A stretch of 64,000 nt of DNA from Caecitellus pseudoparvulus (taxonomy: Eukaryota; Protista; Bigyra: Bicosoecida), in contig CBFFRQ010000078.1 of assembly GCA_965644315.1 (NCBI GenBank), positions 186,001-250,000 on the forward strand, written 5' to 3'. The position numbers were made by a program, and so were the translations under genes. Positions 21,136-31,390 of the stretch are shown here, in pieces. Under the pieces are notes generated by a model that had not been told where the DNA came from, made no database searches, and saw only the letters and a list, made by a program, of their open reading frames with translations. How positions within the stretch are numbered: the stretch's first letter is position 1; each line of letters starts with the position of its first letter.

Positions 21136-23110
21136 GGTCGGGTGGTGTGTTTACACCGCGGTTTGCAGGCGCCAGCGTCGCCCCGGGCGGGCCTTGGCTT
21201 GGCAGTGCCGACGTCGGCACGTGGAGCGGCGCAGAGCGGAAGCCGGCCGCACGGCAGGCCATGTCCATGCACGTCTGCACGGCTGTGCCACGAGCCATGT
21301 CCACGGTGTACGAGACGTTGTTGCTGCGGTGGGCGCGGCCGATGTGCCTGCAGAATCGGTTGCCTGACAAGTGGAAGGTGACGTGCGTGCACAGCAGCCC
21401 TGTGCAGCGCTGTCCGCCCGGCAGCAACCAAGTGACCCTGCGCTGCTGTGCACTCCACGCCCGCACCGTCGCAGGCACTGGGAGCGCAGCAAATGCAGTG
21501 TCGCAGACCCACTGCGCGAGCGCTGGCCACGGGCCGTTGCCGTGCCCCGACGTTCGCGGAGCGGCTTCCCCTGGCAGAGCACGTTGCAGTTCGCTCCCAG
21601 GAGGGGGACGTCTTCCTCGAGCACCACTCTTTGGATCACACGCAGGGCTGCACTGCTGGGCACTGGTTGGGGCGCTGCCCGCTTGCAGCAGCACACTGCG
21701 GTACTGCGCCAAGATGCCGCCTGCGAGGCTGGAAATGCTGCTGGGGCTGCGAAAGGGAACGGCAGCAACCGCACAAGGGTGGCGGCACCATGGAGCAGCT
21801 GTGTCCACACTGCACATGTACAGCAGCGGCGCTCCTGTGGCTGGGCAGGCGTGTGGGTGCTGTGGCGGCAGCGGCGACTTGCCCATGCTGCGGAGAAATT
21901 CCAACGCCAACGAAACGGGCGGGCGCCAGTCTGTGATGAGGCTGAACCGCCACACTTGTCGCTCCCACTCTGTACTGCCGATTGTCCCTTCTGCTTGGTG
22001 TGAGCCCGGCTGGGCGCCGGGTGGCAACGGCGGGACGGGGCTGACAGCGGGGCAGTGCAGCAGGGCGGCATCTTGCGGTGTGCCCAGCGGTCTGCGCTGT
22101 GGCGGCGCTGCAGGGGCGTCTGTGGCAGGGGGCAGATGGGGACAGGGAACAGGAATGAGCATGGCCCCCTTGCCGTGCTTGGTGCTGAGGTACTGGCGCA
22201 TGGCCCGGTTGCGGGTGTACACAGCTAAATCTGCTATGAATACAGTTTCGCCCGCCGCCCCTCCTGCAGCAGCCGCGGGGGCCGTGCTGCTGCCTGCACC
22301 GGCGTCAGGTGCAGCAGGAGACGGGGTGGCACACCACAGAGCAGCAATGTCTGGGTCGTGCTGGCGCCACTGCAGCAGGCGCTGGACGAGGGACAGTACG
22401 AACGCGCCGGCATGCGCGACGCATCGAAAGACTGCCCCTGACGGGAAGCGGATGTGCACGTGCTGGCTGAACTTCGTGGGCGTGCTGGACTCCAGGAGCA
22501 GCACGTGCCGCGCATCAAAGGAGGCGAGGGGGCCAAAGACATCCCTGGCGTGCTGAGCCACCCACTGCAGCAAGGTGTGCGTGAGGGCGGGCCCCGACAC
22601 ACCGGCGTTGGCCTGCTTGGAGAACTCCAGGTCGAAGTAGAGGTGGCAGGGCGTGTCCTCACACACGAGCTCGTAAAAGTGCCGCGAAGGCGGTGCCAGC
22701 TGGTGGATGCGGCGCCACAGCTCGGCGGCTGAGCCCGCCACGAAGCGCCGGGAGCCGTCTGCCGGGCTCTGGCACGACACCACCTTCAACGGAGGGCATG
22801 CCAGGGGGCCTGCAGAGCAGGCGCCCCACGCCTCCACTGCTGCGACGCGGTATGCTTCCAGTGCGGGTAGCTGGCGGTGTGCAGCTTGCCACGCCCAGTC
22901 ACTACGGCCTCCATTTTGGGCGGGCCGGTGCAGGGCCTGAACCAGCCTCGCCGCGGAAACTTTGCAAGCGATGCTTGCCGCTGCAGGGGGTGCTCCACCG
23001 GCCCTTCGTTTCACCAGCTTATCTGCGAGTGCCTCTGCTGCTCTGCGTTTCGAAGCCCGGCGCGCCAGGGACGAGGAGCTGGACAGCGAGCCCCACGTCC
23101 CCGCCGGCAT
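21089..23110 (-). CDS. PRIMPOL: PrimPol (DNA-directed primase/polymerase, AEP superfamily)
   Basis: HFYEL, motif A YFDLEF (DxE), motif B KFSQH (SxH), motif C ADLAVYTRNR, and a C-terminal UL52-type Zn finger NRFCRHIGRAHRSN...CMDMAC. First ATG at 23110. Confidence 0.9.
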   Translation of the reverse strand: MPAGTWGSLSSSSSLARRASKRRAAEALADKLVKRRAGGAPPAAASIACKVSAARLVQALHRPAQNGGRSDWAWQAAHRQLPALEAYRVAAVEAWGACSAGPLACPPLKVVSCQSPADGSRRFVAGSAAELWRRIHQLAPPSRHFYELVCEDTPCHLYFDLEFSKQANAGVSGPALTHTLLQWVAQHARDVFGPLASFDARHVLLLESSTPTKFSQHVHIRFPSGAVFRCVAHAGAFVLSLVQRLLQWRQHDPDIAALWCATPSPAAPDAGAGSSTAPAAAAGGAAGETVFIADLAVYTRNRAMRQYLSTKHGKGAMLIPVPCPHLPPATDAPAAPPQRRPLGTPQDAALLHCPAVSPVPPLPPGAQPGSHQAEGTIGSTEWERQVWRFSLITDWRPPVSLALEFLRSMGKSPLPPQHPHACPATGAPLLYMCSVDTAAPWCRHPCAVAAVPFRSPSSISSLAGGILAQYRSVLLQAGSAPTSAQQCSPACDPKSGARGRRPPPGSELQRALPGEAAPRTSGHGNGPWPALAQWVCDTAFAALPVPATVRAWSAQQRRVTWLLPGGQRCTGLLCTHVTFHLSGNRFCRHIGRAHRSNNVSYTVDMARGTAVQTCMDMACRAAGFRSAPLHVPTSALPSQGPPGATLAPANRGVNTPPDLKHCTPCGNSPGQSP

Positions 23111-23380
23111 GCTCTGCGGAAATTGAGTGCGCAACGCCAGCTCCTTGCAAAAGCCAGCCCCACAACACTTCACGATCCCACAGCATCTTAGGGGGCGTAA
23201 ATTGCATTCGTTGAAGTTGAGAATTTAATTCCACCCCCCGTTTCCCCCAGGGCGTCGCGCTGAGCGAGGGGGAGAGGGCGGCTTTCGACTGCGGCTTTTG
23301 CCCTGCTCGGATTCCCCGCTCAGCGCAGGGACACCCATAGACAGCAAGCGTCGCCCACTGCCTTCGTGCAACCGCACACC

Positions 23381-24020
23381 ATGGATGTGTACTCCCAGTG
23401 CTTGCTGCTGATCGCCCAGCACGAGGAGACCAAGGCCCAGGGCAGCATTGGAGAGGGTGCGCCGCGGCGGAGCGCAAGCTGCGAAGTTGCTCCGCAAACA
23501 CCCCCTGTCTGACCACTCCGCAGAGGCAGTGGACGAGCTTCTGGCAGCGCTGGACTTTCTGCTGCCTGAGGGGCTGCTGGAGCGCTCCCTGGACATTTTG
23601 GACAAACACAGGGCAGTTGCGCTGGTGACGCCGAGCGGCAGCCGACGCAGCGGCAACGCACAGTGCTTCGCAGTGCAGGCGTCTCGAGCAGGGCGCCGGC
23701 CAGCGCCGGGGTCCAGCTCGTCTGTGAACCCATACATTGTTGCATGTGGCAGTTGCACGTGTCCTGACTTTGCAGCGTCTGTGGGAGGGCAGGACGCAGC
23801 TCGAGGACTGGTGCGTGCGCGGCGTGTGACACGTTGCGGAACGAGGCCGTTGACGCGCGTCCTTCGCGAGCTTTCGCAGTGCAAGCACACACTGGCGTGC
23901 GCGGTGGGGGAAGCACTGGGCACCATTTCCACCCGGGAAGTGTCGGCGTCCACGCTGGCCTTCGCACTGGTGGACGCGTACCGAGGCAGTGGCGGTGAGA
24001 GCCAGGTGAAGGCAGACTAG
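23381..24020 (+). CDS. ZSWIM7: SWIM zinc-finger protein ZSWIM7/SWS1-like (Shu complex)
   Basis: ATG 23381; introns 23457-23523 and 23811-23879. LLAALDFLLP..LLERSLDILD N-terminal helix and SWIM motif CTCPDF...CKHTLA. Confidence 0.78.
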
Positions 24021-24319
24021 TTGGTCCAGCCTTGCGGTAGGGTGCAGGGAGCAAGCAGGGGGGTGGGGAGTTTTCCATGTGAATTAGTCACATGTGTGGG
24101 CAAACACTTTGCCGGGTGAGGGTGAGAATAATACACGCACGGGCGCGACATGGCGCCACATCCTGGACACACAGAAGGTTGCCACGGTGCTGCGCCCGCC
24201 AGGGCGCTCAAGGCCCCCTGCAACGGCGCAGCGCCACACAGCCTTCCAGGTGTCTGCTTTGAGTTATCAGGCCCCCTTTGGGGGCGAGCGCTGTGCTGTT
24301 CGAGAGCATGTGCCTGCCC

Positions 24320-26117
24320 TCACAGCATGTTGCCGACGGCAGTCCAGTACGCTCGCGTGTCGCACATGACCAGGCCCGTCGGCGCGCCCAGCGAGGCCAC
24401 AGGCAGCAGGGGCATGCACAGGGAAGGTTTGCAGCACAAGGCAGCGGCCTGGGGGTTCAGGCTCTGCCCCTCGCCATCCACACTCGCCCAGGTGCTGGCG
24501 CGCAAACTGCCGCTGTGGCTGTACTCTGACGCCGCGGCAACGTGACACTTGCTGGGCGCCCAGGGGCCTGGCCCGCTAGCCACGGCATGTGCCTTGCCAG
24601 GATGGTGCAAGTATGAACCCTGCGCGGCCATCTGTGCCCGGGCATCCCATGATTCCGTCACGGAGACAGCACCACGCTGCTGGGGGAAGCCGTGCTCGAC
24701 GGGCGCCTGGCCGCCGAGGGCCTGCTGAGCATGCGCTGGGTGGGAAAAGGCACTGACCTTGGTGTGCTGGGCCGTGGCAATGCGCTTGCTTGAGCGAGTG
24801 GGCCTGGCGGCTTGCAGCTGCCCGCCGGATGATGCGGGATTCTTTCCGCTCTGTGCGGCACGTCGGTCAGATGCAGGCTCGCTGTGACGCTCGGCGAAGT
24901 GGGCGCTTTCTTCTGCCTCTGCGCCAGGCCCCCGCCCGCCGTTCCAGGCCCACTTGGGCACCTCTGTGCACAGAGAAAGGTGGGCGCACGTGCAGAGGAC
25001 GCGGTGCTGCACCTGCACGGCGCAAAGGCGAGGGAAGGCGGCCTGCACCTGCGCTCGGCGAGGCGCAGGTGCAGGCGCAATTGCGCCGCCATCGCGCCGG
25101 CGCACGCCCCATGGGAGGGGCATTGACACAACAAGCGGGCAACGTGTTGGCAAGGGGCTCGCTGGCCATGGGAGCCCCGCACACTGGCACGCCCCTCGCA
25201 TCAACAGGCATCAACAGGCACGTACCAGACTTCTGCAAGAGGCCCAGCGGCTGCACCATCGCCCACAAACACGCCCTACCGTATGCTGAGGAGCGCAGGC
25301 GCTTCTGGTAGCGGAGGCTGTTGTGCACGATGGCGTTCTTCCAGTTGCTGGCGATGGCAAAGCTGCGGATCTCCGCCGGCGTCGGCTTGCGGGCGGCTGG
25401 CCGGCCGTCGGGAGGGGAGCCGCTGCCGTCTGCGCCGTGCTCAGCGCACTGTGCGCCTGCCTCGCCAGGTGGCACCAGCGCCGTCACTCGTTTCAGGTGC
25501 TTCAGACGCATGTGCAAGGCCAGAGAGGACACCGTGGAGAAGGCCTTCGTGCACAAGCTGCAGCAGAAGGGGCGCTCCAGCTCGTCCCCCCGCCTGTGCA
25601 AGAGCAGCAGTGGACCGTGTGCGATAGTCGGTTTTTAGCGGCGTGCAGAGGCAAGGCTTGTCGGATCTGACCGCGACAGCACGCACCTTCGTGTGCGTCG
25701 GGGAAACATTGATGGTGAAAAGGAGCCTTGCTCGAAGTCTTGCTGGTTTACATCCATGGGGGCGACGCTCCAGGCGCCGTACTCCCCACCGAACGCTTGG
25801 TGCAGGCCCAGCCCACCAACCCCTTGCCCATCCACTTGGCCTGGCATGCCAGCTCCCGCGGGCAACGCGGCGCCTCCGTGGGCCACTGCAGCGGACCACG
25901 CTGGGTACAGCGCTTGCTGCGGCACTGCATGCGCATATGTGCCATGCGAGTGCCCGTGGGGCGTGCATGCGGAGTGGTGCTCCTGTGCTCGTGATGGGGG
26001 CAGCCCGAGAACTGGCGCTCCCTGCATGGCAGCAGCGGCAGGGTGCTGCCCAGGGAACACCGTGTCCCACGCTGGGCGTTGGTGGGTGTCATAGGGGATG
26101 CTGTGGCGCGCTGACAT
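24320..26117 (-). CDS. C2H2 zinc-finger protein (putative transcription factor)
   Basis: Tentative model: ATG 26117, introns 25594-25686 and 24964-25225, both frame-consistent. Finger RPFCCSLCTKAFSTVSSLALHMRLKH. The 3' exon structure is uncertain (the unspliced alternative stops at 24867). Confidence 0.55.
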
Positions 26118-27180
26118 GCTCCTCTGGCGCGTGGGGGCAGCCGGAGAGATGGGGCAACTTGAGCCCTGCGCAAGCAGGCACGGAGATGCAAGGAGGCCGG
26201 GCCGCCCGCCGCAGCTGCGTGACGTACTGGGGAGTGACTGAAGGTGTTGGAAGGCGGCAGGAACCAGCGGGAGAGGCTGGGGGAGATGGTTGGATTGTGG
26301 GTGAGAGGGGATGTGATGTGGCGGTGAGCAAGTCACGGAAGTGCGCAGGTGCATGCCCCCCTGTCACACAACTGCAACGCTGTTGCAGTGCACCACCTGG
26401 CCGTGTTGCGGATGGCGCTCGCCACTGCCTTCCGCTGCACTCCCAGGGGCGCATATGGGAAGAAATTGTGGAACAGGGTGCTACTAGTCCTGCGAGGTGG
26501 TGATGAGGCTTCGCCGGCCACGGGTTCGGCCTGCGCAGGCCTGAAAGCCTGTCACTCAGGCTCTCGTGGACTGGAGGGGCAAGTTCCGAACGCGGCTCCT
26601 GCCAAGCGCTCGGAGCCCGGCTGCATGAACCAAAGGCAGTGCACCGGAGCAGGTGCTTGCGTTCATAGTGGCTGGAAGCACTCTCCCCTGCCGCGCTTGC
26701 ATGCCCGGGGTCGGAAGCCGCTCGTGACGCCCACGCGAAGGCAGAAAAAGCGCCGTTGATGCACGGGCGGACAGGAAAGCGGGAGCTAACGCGGCGTCGT
26801 AGCTGCTGGCATCCCCGGGATGCACTCCTCTAAGAGCCGTGTATGCCCTAGAAGTGATAGATTCTTCATCCCTCCTTGGCGGCGCGCAGAAAGTGCAGTG
26901 CCTTCGGCAGAATCGGGACACGGCGGTGTCGCTGCGGCGGCGAAACGCAAATTGACTCAAGTGCCAAGACTGAGCGGCAGCAAGCAAGGTGAGGTCCTCA
27001 AAGCGGGGAAAGGGGGGTCGCGTGCATTGGACGCCGCCTGTACCCTTCGCCTTTTCTTCGCACCGTGGCTAGGCTGCGGGGTGGCATGTCAGTGAGCAGG
27101 TGAGGTGGCGCAATGGCAGCCCACGTGGCTGCTTGCACCAAGCAGCACCCGCACCGCCAGAGGACAAGGCGCGCAGCTGT

Positions 27181-28920
27181 TTACCGGCTCAAGGATGTCA
27201 GATGGCTCAGCATCTCCTCCATCTCGGGCCCATCTCCAAGCTGTGAAGCCTCCGGAGTTTGCTGCTCACGGCACAGCTTGACAAGCGCCGACGCCGCGGC
27301 AGGACAAGACCCCGTGGCCGCAGCTTCCTGCAGCAAGGCGTGCACCTTGGACATGGCCTCCGCCTGGGCTTCGCTGCACTTTTTCAGGAATGCGCCGGGC
27401 TCTGGCGTCGCACCCCCCGGCCCGACGGATTGCAGTGCGGTCGGCAGCAGCAAGGCGTCTGCCTGCTCCGGGAGGGGCACCAGGGAGGGCAAGGGCCAGG
27501 ATGGCGGGGAGGTGTCCTCTGACTCGTCTTGTTCGGCCCCCCACACCTCACACAGCACGCAGCGCTGCAGGACGCCTGCCAGCAAGGTGGCTGCCTCCGG
27601 CTCACGCGCAGCTCCGCCGCCGCCCTCCACGGCGCCAGTGAGCAGGCTCAGCACGCTGCTCGGCGCGCGCGCGGAGCCCTCGGGAACTGTGACACCTGTC
27701 AGCAGCAACATGGCGGCTGCCTTCATGGAGGCAACCCCTGCGCCAGGGTACGCGCTGTGTGCGTCAGCAGCCGCTGCGTGCAGGTACCACCAGAGAGCCG
27801 CCTGCAGGACAAGAGAGCCAGCGGCATCGCTCAGGCGCCCCTCCTCGGAGCCGACGTCGTCCAGTAGCTGCGCAATGCCCTCCTTGCACTCTGTCAGGCT
27901 TGTGAGGCCCAGTGCGTGCAGGAAGTGCTGCAGCGCGATGGCCCGGCGCGGGCCCATGGCCCCCAACACCTGCTCCGCTGCGAGGGAGGTGTCCTTCGTC
28001 ACGGGGCCACCGCAAGCCAGGGCAGCCTCTACATCAGCTGCAGGGGTGCTGGTGGCTGGCAGGCCGCTCATGACCACTGTCTGCTGCAGGAGTGACAGCG
28101 GCACTCCCTGCAGCGCGCGGCCCTGTCGGCTGGCCACCAGCATGCCCAGCCAGAAGTGCGCATGGCCCGCAGCATCGCCCCCTTCTGCGGCCACAGCGGC
28201 CCACAGCAAGTACTCCTTCTCTGCTGCTGCCGCCTCGGCGTCCTGGTCTTCCAGGAGGCGGGCGCCACAACGCAACGTGTCTTGCCCCATGGCCGCCACC
28301 TCCGCCGCCTCCTGCAACAGCTCTGCGACGCTGTCGAACGCAGGCCAGTGCCGAAGGGGGCCGTCCTTGGCCCTGGGAGACGTGTCGCTGTTGGACGAGT
28401 CAGACGTGTCGTCGTCGCTGCCACAGTCGCCCTCCACGCCGCTGCCTGCTGCGTCGGAGGGTTTGGGGCGGGATGGCAGCGTGTGTCGCCGAGGCGCCTC
28501 CGGTGAGCTGCCTGCTGGGGCAGATGAACCGCCCTCTGCAGTGTCTCGGGGAGGGCGGGTCTCGCCCAGGGCGCGGCCGCTGCCGTCCTCTTCCTCCTCC
28601 TCCTCCTCATGCACGGGGATGATGCCAGCCATGCCGGGGGGGGCTGAAGGCACGCGGCGCAGGGGGGGTGCAGTGGCCTCACGCGCTCCACGCTGTGCAG
28701 CGGGTACGGCCTGCCTGGAGCCAACTAGCGGGAACTGCACACGGCTGGCTCGGCGGCGCGTGTTGCGGTCCCGCAGCACCGCTGAGGAGTTGGGTGTGCG
28801 GGGGGAACGGCGGTGGCCTGTGCCACCTGCGCCACCCGCACGCGTGGCTCGTAAGGCGGCCACGATGTCGCGGTGGGCAGCGGCGACCTTGCTTGCGCGT
28901 GATTTTGGTTTGGATGGCAT
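27181..28920 (-). CDS. Hypothetical protein, 579 aa (disordered basic/acidic N-terminus, helical C-terminal half)
   Basis: Long ATG-initiated ORF with protein-like composition (Leu/Glu/Ala); no family recognised. Confidence 0.55.
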   Translation of the reverse strand: MPSKPKSRASKVAAAHRDIVAALRATRAGGAGGTGHRRSPRTPNSSAVLRDRNTRRRASRVQFPLVGSRQAVPAAQRGAREATAPPLRRVPSAPPGMAGIIPVHEEEEEEEDGSGRALGETRPPRDTAEGGSSAPAGSSPEAPRRHTLPSRPKPSDAAGSGVEGDCGSDDDTSDSSNSDTSPRAKDGPLRHWPAFDSVAELLQEAAEVAAMGQDTLRCGARLLEDQDAEAAAAEKEYLLWAAVAAEGGDAAGHAHFWLGMLVASRQGRALQGVPLSLLQQTVVMSGLPATSTPAADVEAALACGGPVTKDTSLAAEQVLGAMGPRRAIALQHFLHALGLTSLTECKEGIAQLLDDVGSEEGRLSDAAGSLVLQAALWWYLHAAAADAHSAYPGAGVASMKAAAMLLLTGVTVPEGSARAPSSVLSLLTGAVEGGGGAAREPEAATLLAGVLQRCVLCEVWGAEQDESEDTSPPSWPLPSLVPLPEQADALLLPTALQSVGPGGATPEPGAFLKKCSEAQAEAMSKVHALLQEAAATGSCPAAASALVKLCREQQTPEASQLGDGPEMEEMLSHLTSLSR

Positions 28921-29468
28921 GGTGTTGGCGCTGGTGAGCGGTGCAGGGCGGAGCTAGACTTGGGTGCCGCGGACCACCTTCGAGCTGCGTAGCGGCGCCG
29001 GTGAACGTGAGAGACGCGGCATGGCAGGCGGCCCAACAAGGCGCACAAGGCGACAGCACAGGGCAAGGAATGCTTGCAAATGCATGAGCAGGACAGATGG
29101 CGAGCAGCTGACACGCAAAGTGGCGAGGCAAGCACTCAGGCACTCGTCGCACGCGACTGCACCCAACAACCCTGCCACGCCACAGCATCACACAGCGCAA
29201 CAGGGGGGGCAATCCTCGCACTGCCAGATGTCTTCACGTGCATGGGGGGCAGACGGCGCCGGCCAGCATGCAGGCAGCCACACGGCGAGCGCATCCTCCA
29301 AGGGCACGTACTTGCGGCAGGGGGGCGTGCTGGCAACTTCGCCGCAGAAAGCACATGCGTTGCCACGGCAAGGCGACATGCAATGAGTGCAAGCACGAGT
29401 ATTTGTAAGGGTTTGGGTAAATTATGTCTTTGGCGGCCTTCCATTCATGGGCGGTGGCGGTGGGGGCC

Positions 29469-31091
29469 CTACAAGTCCTCACCGCCCCCGCCTGCCCCGC
29501 CACTGGCGCCGCCTTGCTCCCCCAGTGCACCTGCCGTGTCCACGACGGGCTGGGCCTTGCCCTGCATGACGTCGGCGATGAAGGCAGCCACATCTCGCGC
29601 CAGCGGCCCTGGCACCTCCCACGCTGCAAAGTGGCCTCCGTACGGGAACCGCGTGAACTGCACCAAGTTGCGTTTGTGCTGAGTGTGCAGCGCTTGGAAA
29701 GGGAAACGCAGCAGGCGCTCCCCAGGCATGTCTGCGATGGCCACGGGGACTGGCGTGCCTGGGCGCTGGTACAGCATGGCCCAGAAGGCGGCGTCTGTGG
29801 CCGTGTCGCGGTAGGTGCTCATGGAGCTGCCCAGCGTGTCCGTCATTGCGTACAGCGTGATGGCGTCCGCGAGGGCCTGCAGGCCCAGGCACGACGCGAC
29901 ATCGCGCGAAGCGCTCGCGCCTAGAGAGGGGCTCTTTCCTTCAGACGCCGTCCAGCTGGTCATGGCCTCCTGGAACAGGCCACACTCGGACCAGGTGTCG
30001 TACTTCTCCAGCAGCCACGCAGCGATGCCCTCGGCGGCCACCTGCACCCGCCCGTCTGCACCCACACGCGTGGAGGGTGCGAGGATGGCGGTGGCTAGAG
30101 TGCCCGGCTGGGTAGCCTGCTGGTGGAAGTACCCGGACGACTGCAGCAGTGCAGCCAGCCAGGTGGGGGACCCCGGCGCCATGCCCACTGCCGCCAGGCG
30201 GGCCGCATCCGGGCCCCGCCCAGGACTGACCCCCGCCTCTGCCAGGCTGCCCAACGTGTCGTGTGCCAAGCCAGGCATGGCCATGTTGGTGTGGAAGCCG
30301 CGCACGTGGCCACCCGCCACCCGCAGCAGGACCTCCCCAACCATGGAGCCCCAGTCCCCGCCCTGCACGAAGTACCCGCCAGCAGCGGAGTCGGCGCCCA
30401 GGCCCAACTGCAGCATGAGGGAGTGCAGCGTGTACGCCATGCCCCGCACGGAGTTTGCGGGCAGGGGCTCTGAGAAGCCATACCCGGGCAGACTGGGCAC
30501 CACCACCTGCAAGTTCACCTCTGCCAGCTCAGGCGCCGCAGTGAGGGCGCCGACGAACCCGCCCTTGACGTCTGCGCCGTCCCCCAGGAACTCCAGGAAG
30601 GAGCCAGGCCAGCCATGCACTGCAAGCACGGCCACGGTGGGGCAGGAGCCATCCAGGGAGCAGATGCCAGCGGCTGGCCTGGAGATGTGCAGGAAGTGCA
30701 GGCGGCGGCGCGAGGGCCCCACAGCGGCTTGGAAGTGGGGCAGGGGCGCCAGGCGGCGCAGAAGGTCGCCGGATGCCCCGCCCTCCTGCTGTGTCTTTGC
30801 CGCGATGGCGCCCAGCACCTCGCTGAGCAGGGTGTGGTTCAGGCTGGAGAAAGGCAGCGCGGCCGCCGACGTGGGGGGCACGAGTGGGGACTGTGGGAGA
30901 CCCCCTGACAGCACCACCTCGTGCACACGCACTTGGTCCATGTCCATGGGCTGCACACCCGTCACGTTCCACGTGCCAGCCAGCACTTCAGGCACTGGCA
31001 CCCGCGCATCAAAGCGCTGGCTGACCCAGCCGATGCTGAAGGCTGCGACAAATGCGACAGCAGTGACGCAGCATCCCACCAGCCCTGGCAT
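29469..31091 (-). CDS. Microsomal-type epoxide hydrolase (alpha/beta hydrolase, EPHX1/JHEH family)
   Basis: N-terminal membrane anchor, HGWPGSF oxyanion motif, PSLPGYGFS, nucleophile QGGDWGS, SGYFHQQATQP and catalytic GGHFAAWE. Confidence 0.88.
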   Translation of the reverse strand: MPGLVGCCVTAVAFVAAFSIGWVSQRFDARVPVPEVLAGTWNVTGVQPMDMDQVRVHEVVLSGGLPQSPLVPPTSAAALPFSSLNHTLLSEVLGAIAAKTQQEGGASGDLLRRLAPLPHFQAAVGPSRRRLHFLHISRPAAGICSLDGSCPTVAVLAVHGWPGSFLEFLGDGADVKGGFVGALTAAPELAEVNLQVVVPSLPGYGFSEPLPANSVRGMAYTLHSLMLQLGLGADSAAGGYFVQGGDWGSMVGEVLLRVAGGHVRGFHTNMAMPGLAHDTLGSLAEAGVSPGRGPDAARLAAVGMAPGSPTWLAALLQSSGYFHQQATQPGTLATAILAPSTRVGADGRVQVAAEGIAAWLLEKYDTWSECGLFQEAMTSWTASEGKSPSLGASASRDVASCLGLQALADAITLYAMTDTLGSSMSTYRDTATDAAFWAMLYQRPGTPVPVAIADMPGERLLRFPFQALHTQHKRNLVQFTRFPYGGHFAAWEVPGPLARDVAAFIADVMQGKAQPVVDTAGALGEQGGASGGAGGGGEDL

Positions 31092-31390
31092 GGTGCAAGG
31101 CAATCTGCGTGAGGCCCGTGACTCGGGGATGGCCCGCCTCCCTTTCTTCCCACCGGCGCAGGCAGCCCTCGAAGGGTGGCAGAGCGGAAATTGCCGCGTG
31201 TGCTACACCTCGCCGCTCAGCTACACGGCACACAGACGCGGCACAGTCAAATTCAAATCCCGCACTGTAGCATGCCTTGTCGGGTGTTTTGCCTCTGGCA
31301 CGAACACCCCCTCCCCTGCTCACCATGGACTGAGCGCCCCTTCCCAGCGTTTGCCGACGGCAACTCCGCCGCAGCACACCAACCACCAGC

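Noticed and set aside
25199-25220. 10-bp direct duplication tcaacaggca x2
   Set aside because: Simple slippage duplication inside a predicted intron; no transposon ends or transposase nearby.
27113-28957. 614 aa plus-strand ORF; similar shadows at 20997-22556, 33874-35685, 44115-45914 and 58497-60929
   Set aside because: They overlap better-supported genes on the opposite strand and have the low-information composition typical of antisense frames in high-GC DNA.
29188-29379. 63 aa ORF with CxxC pairs (CAFC, CEDC), a possible small zinc-binding protein
   Set aside because: No recognisable family or supporting splice structure; Cys-rich short ORFs arise easily from the TGC-rich intergenic DNA here.
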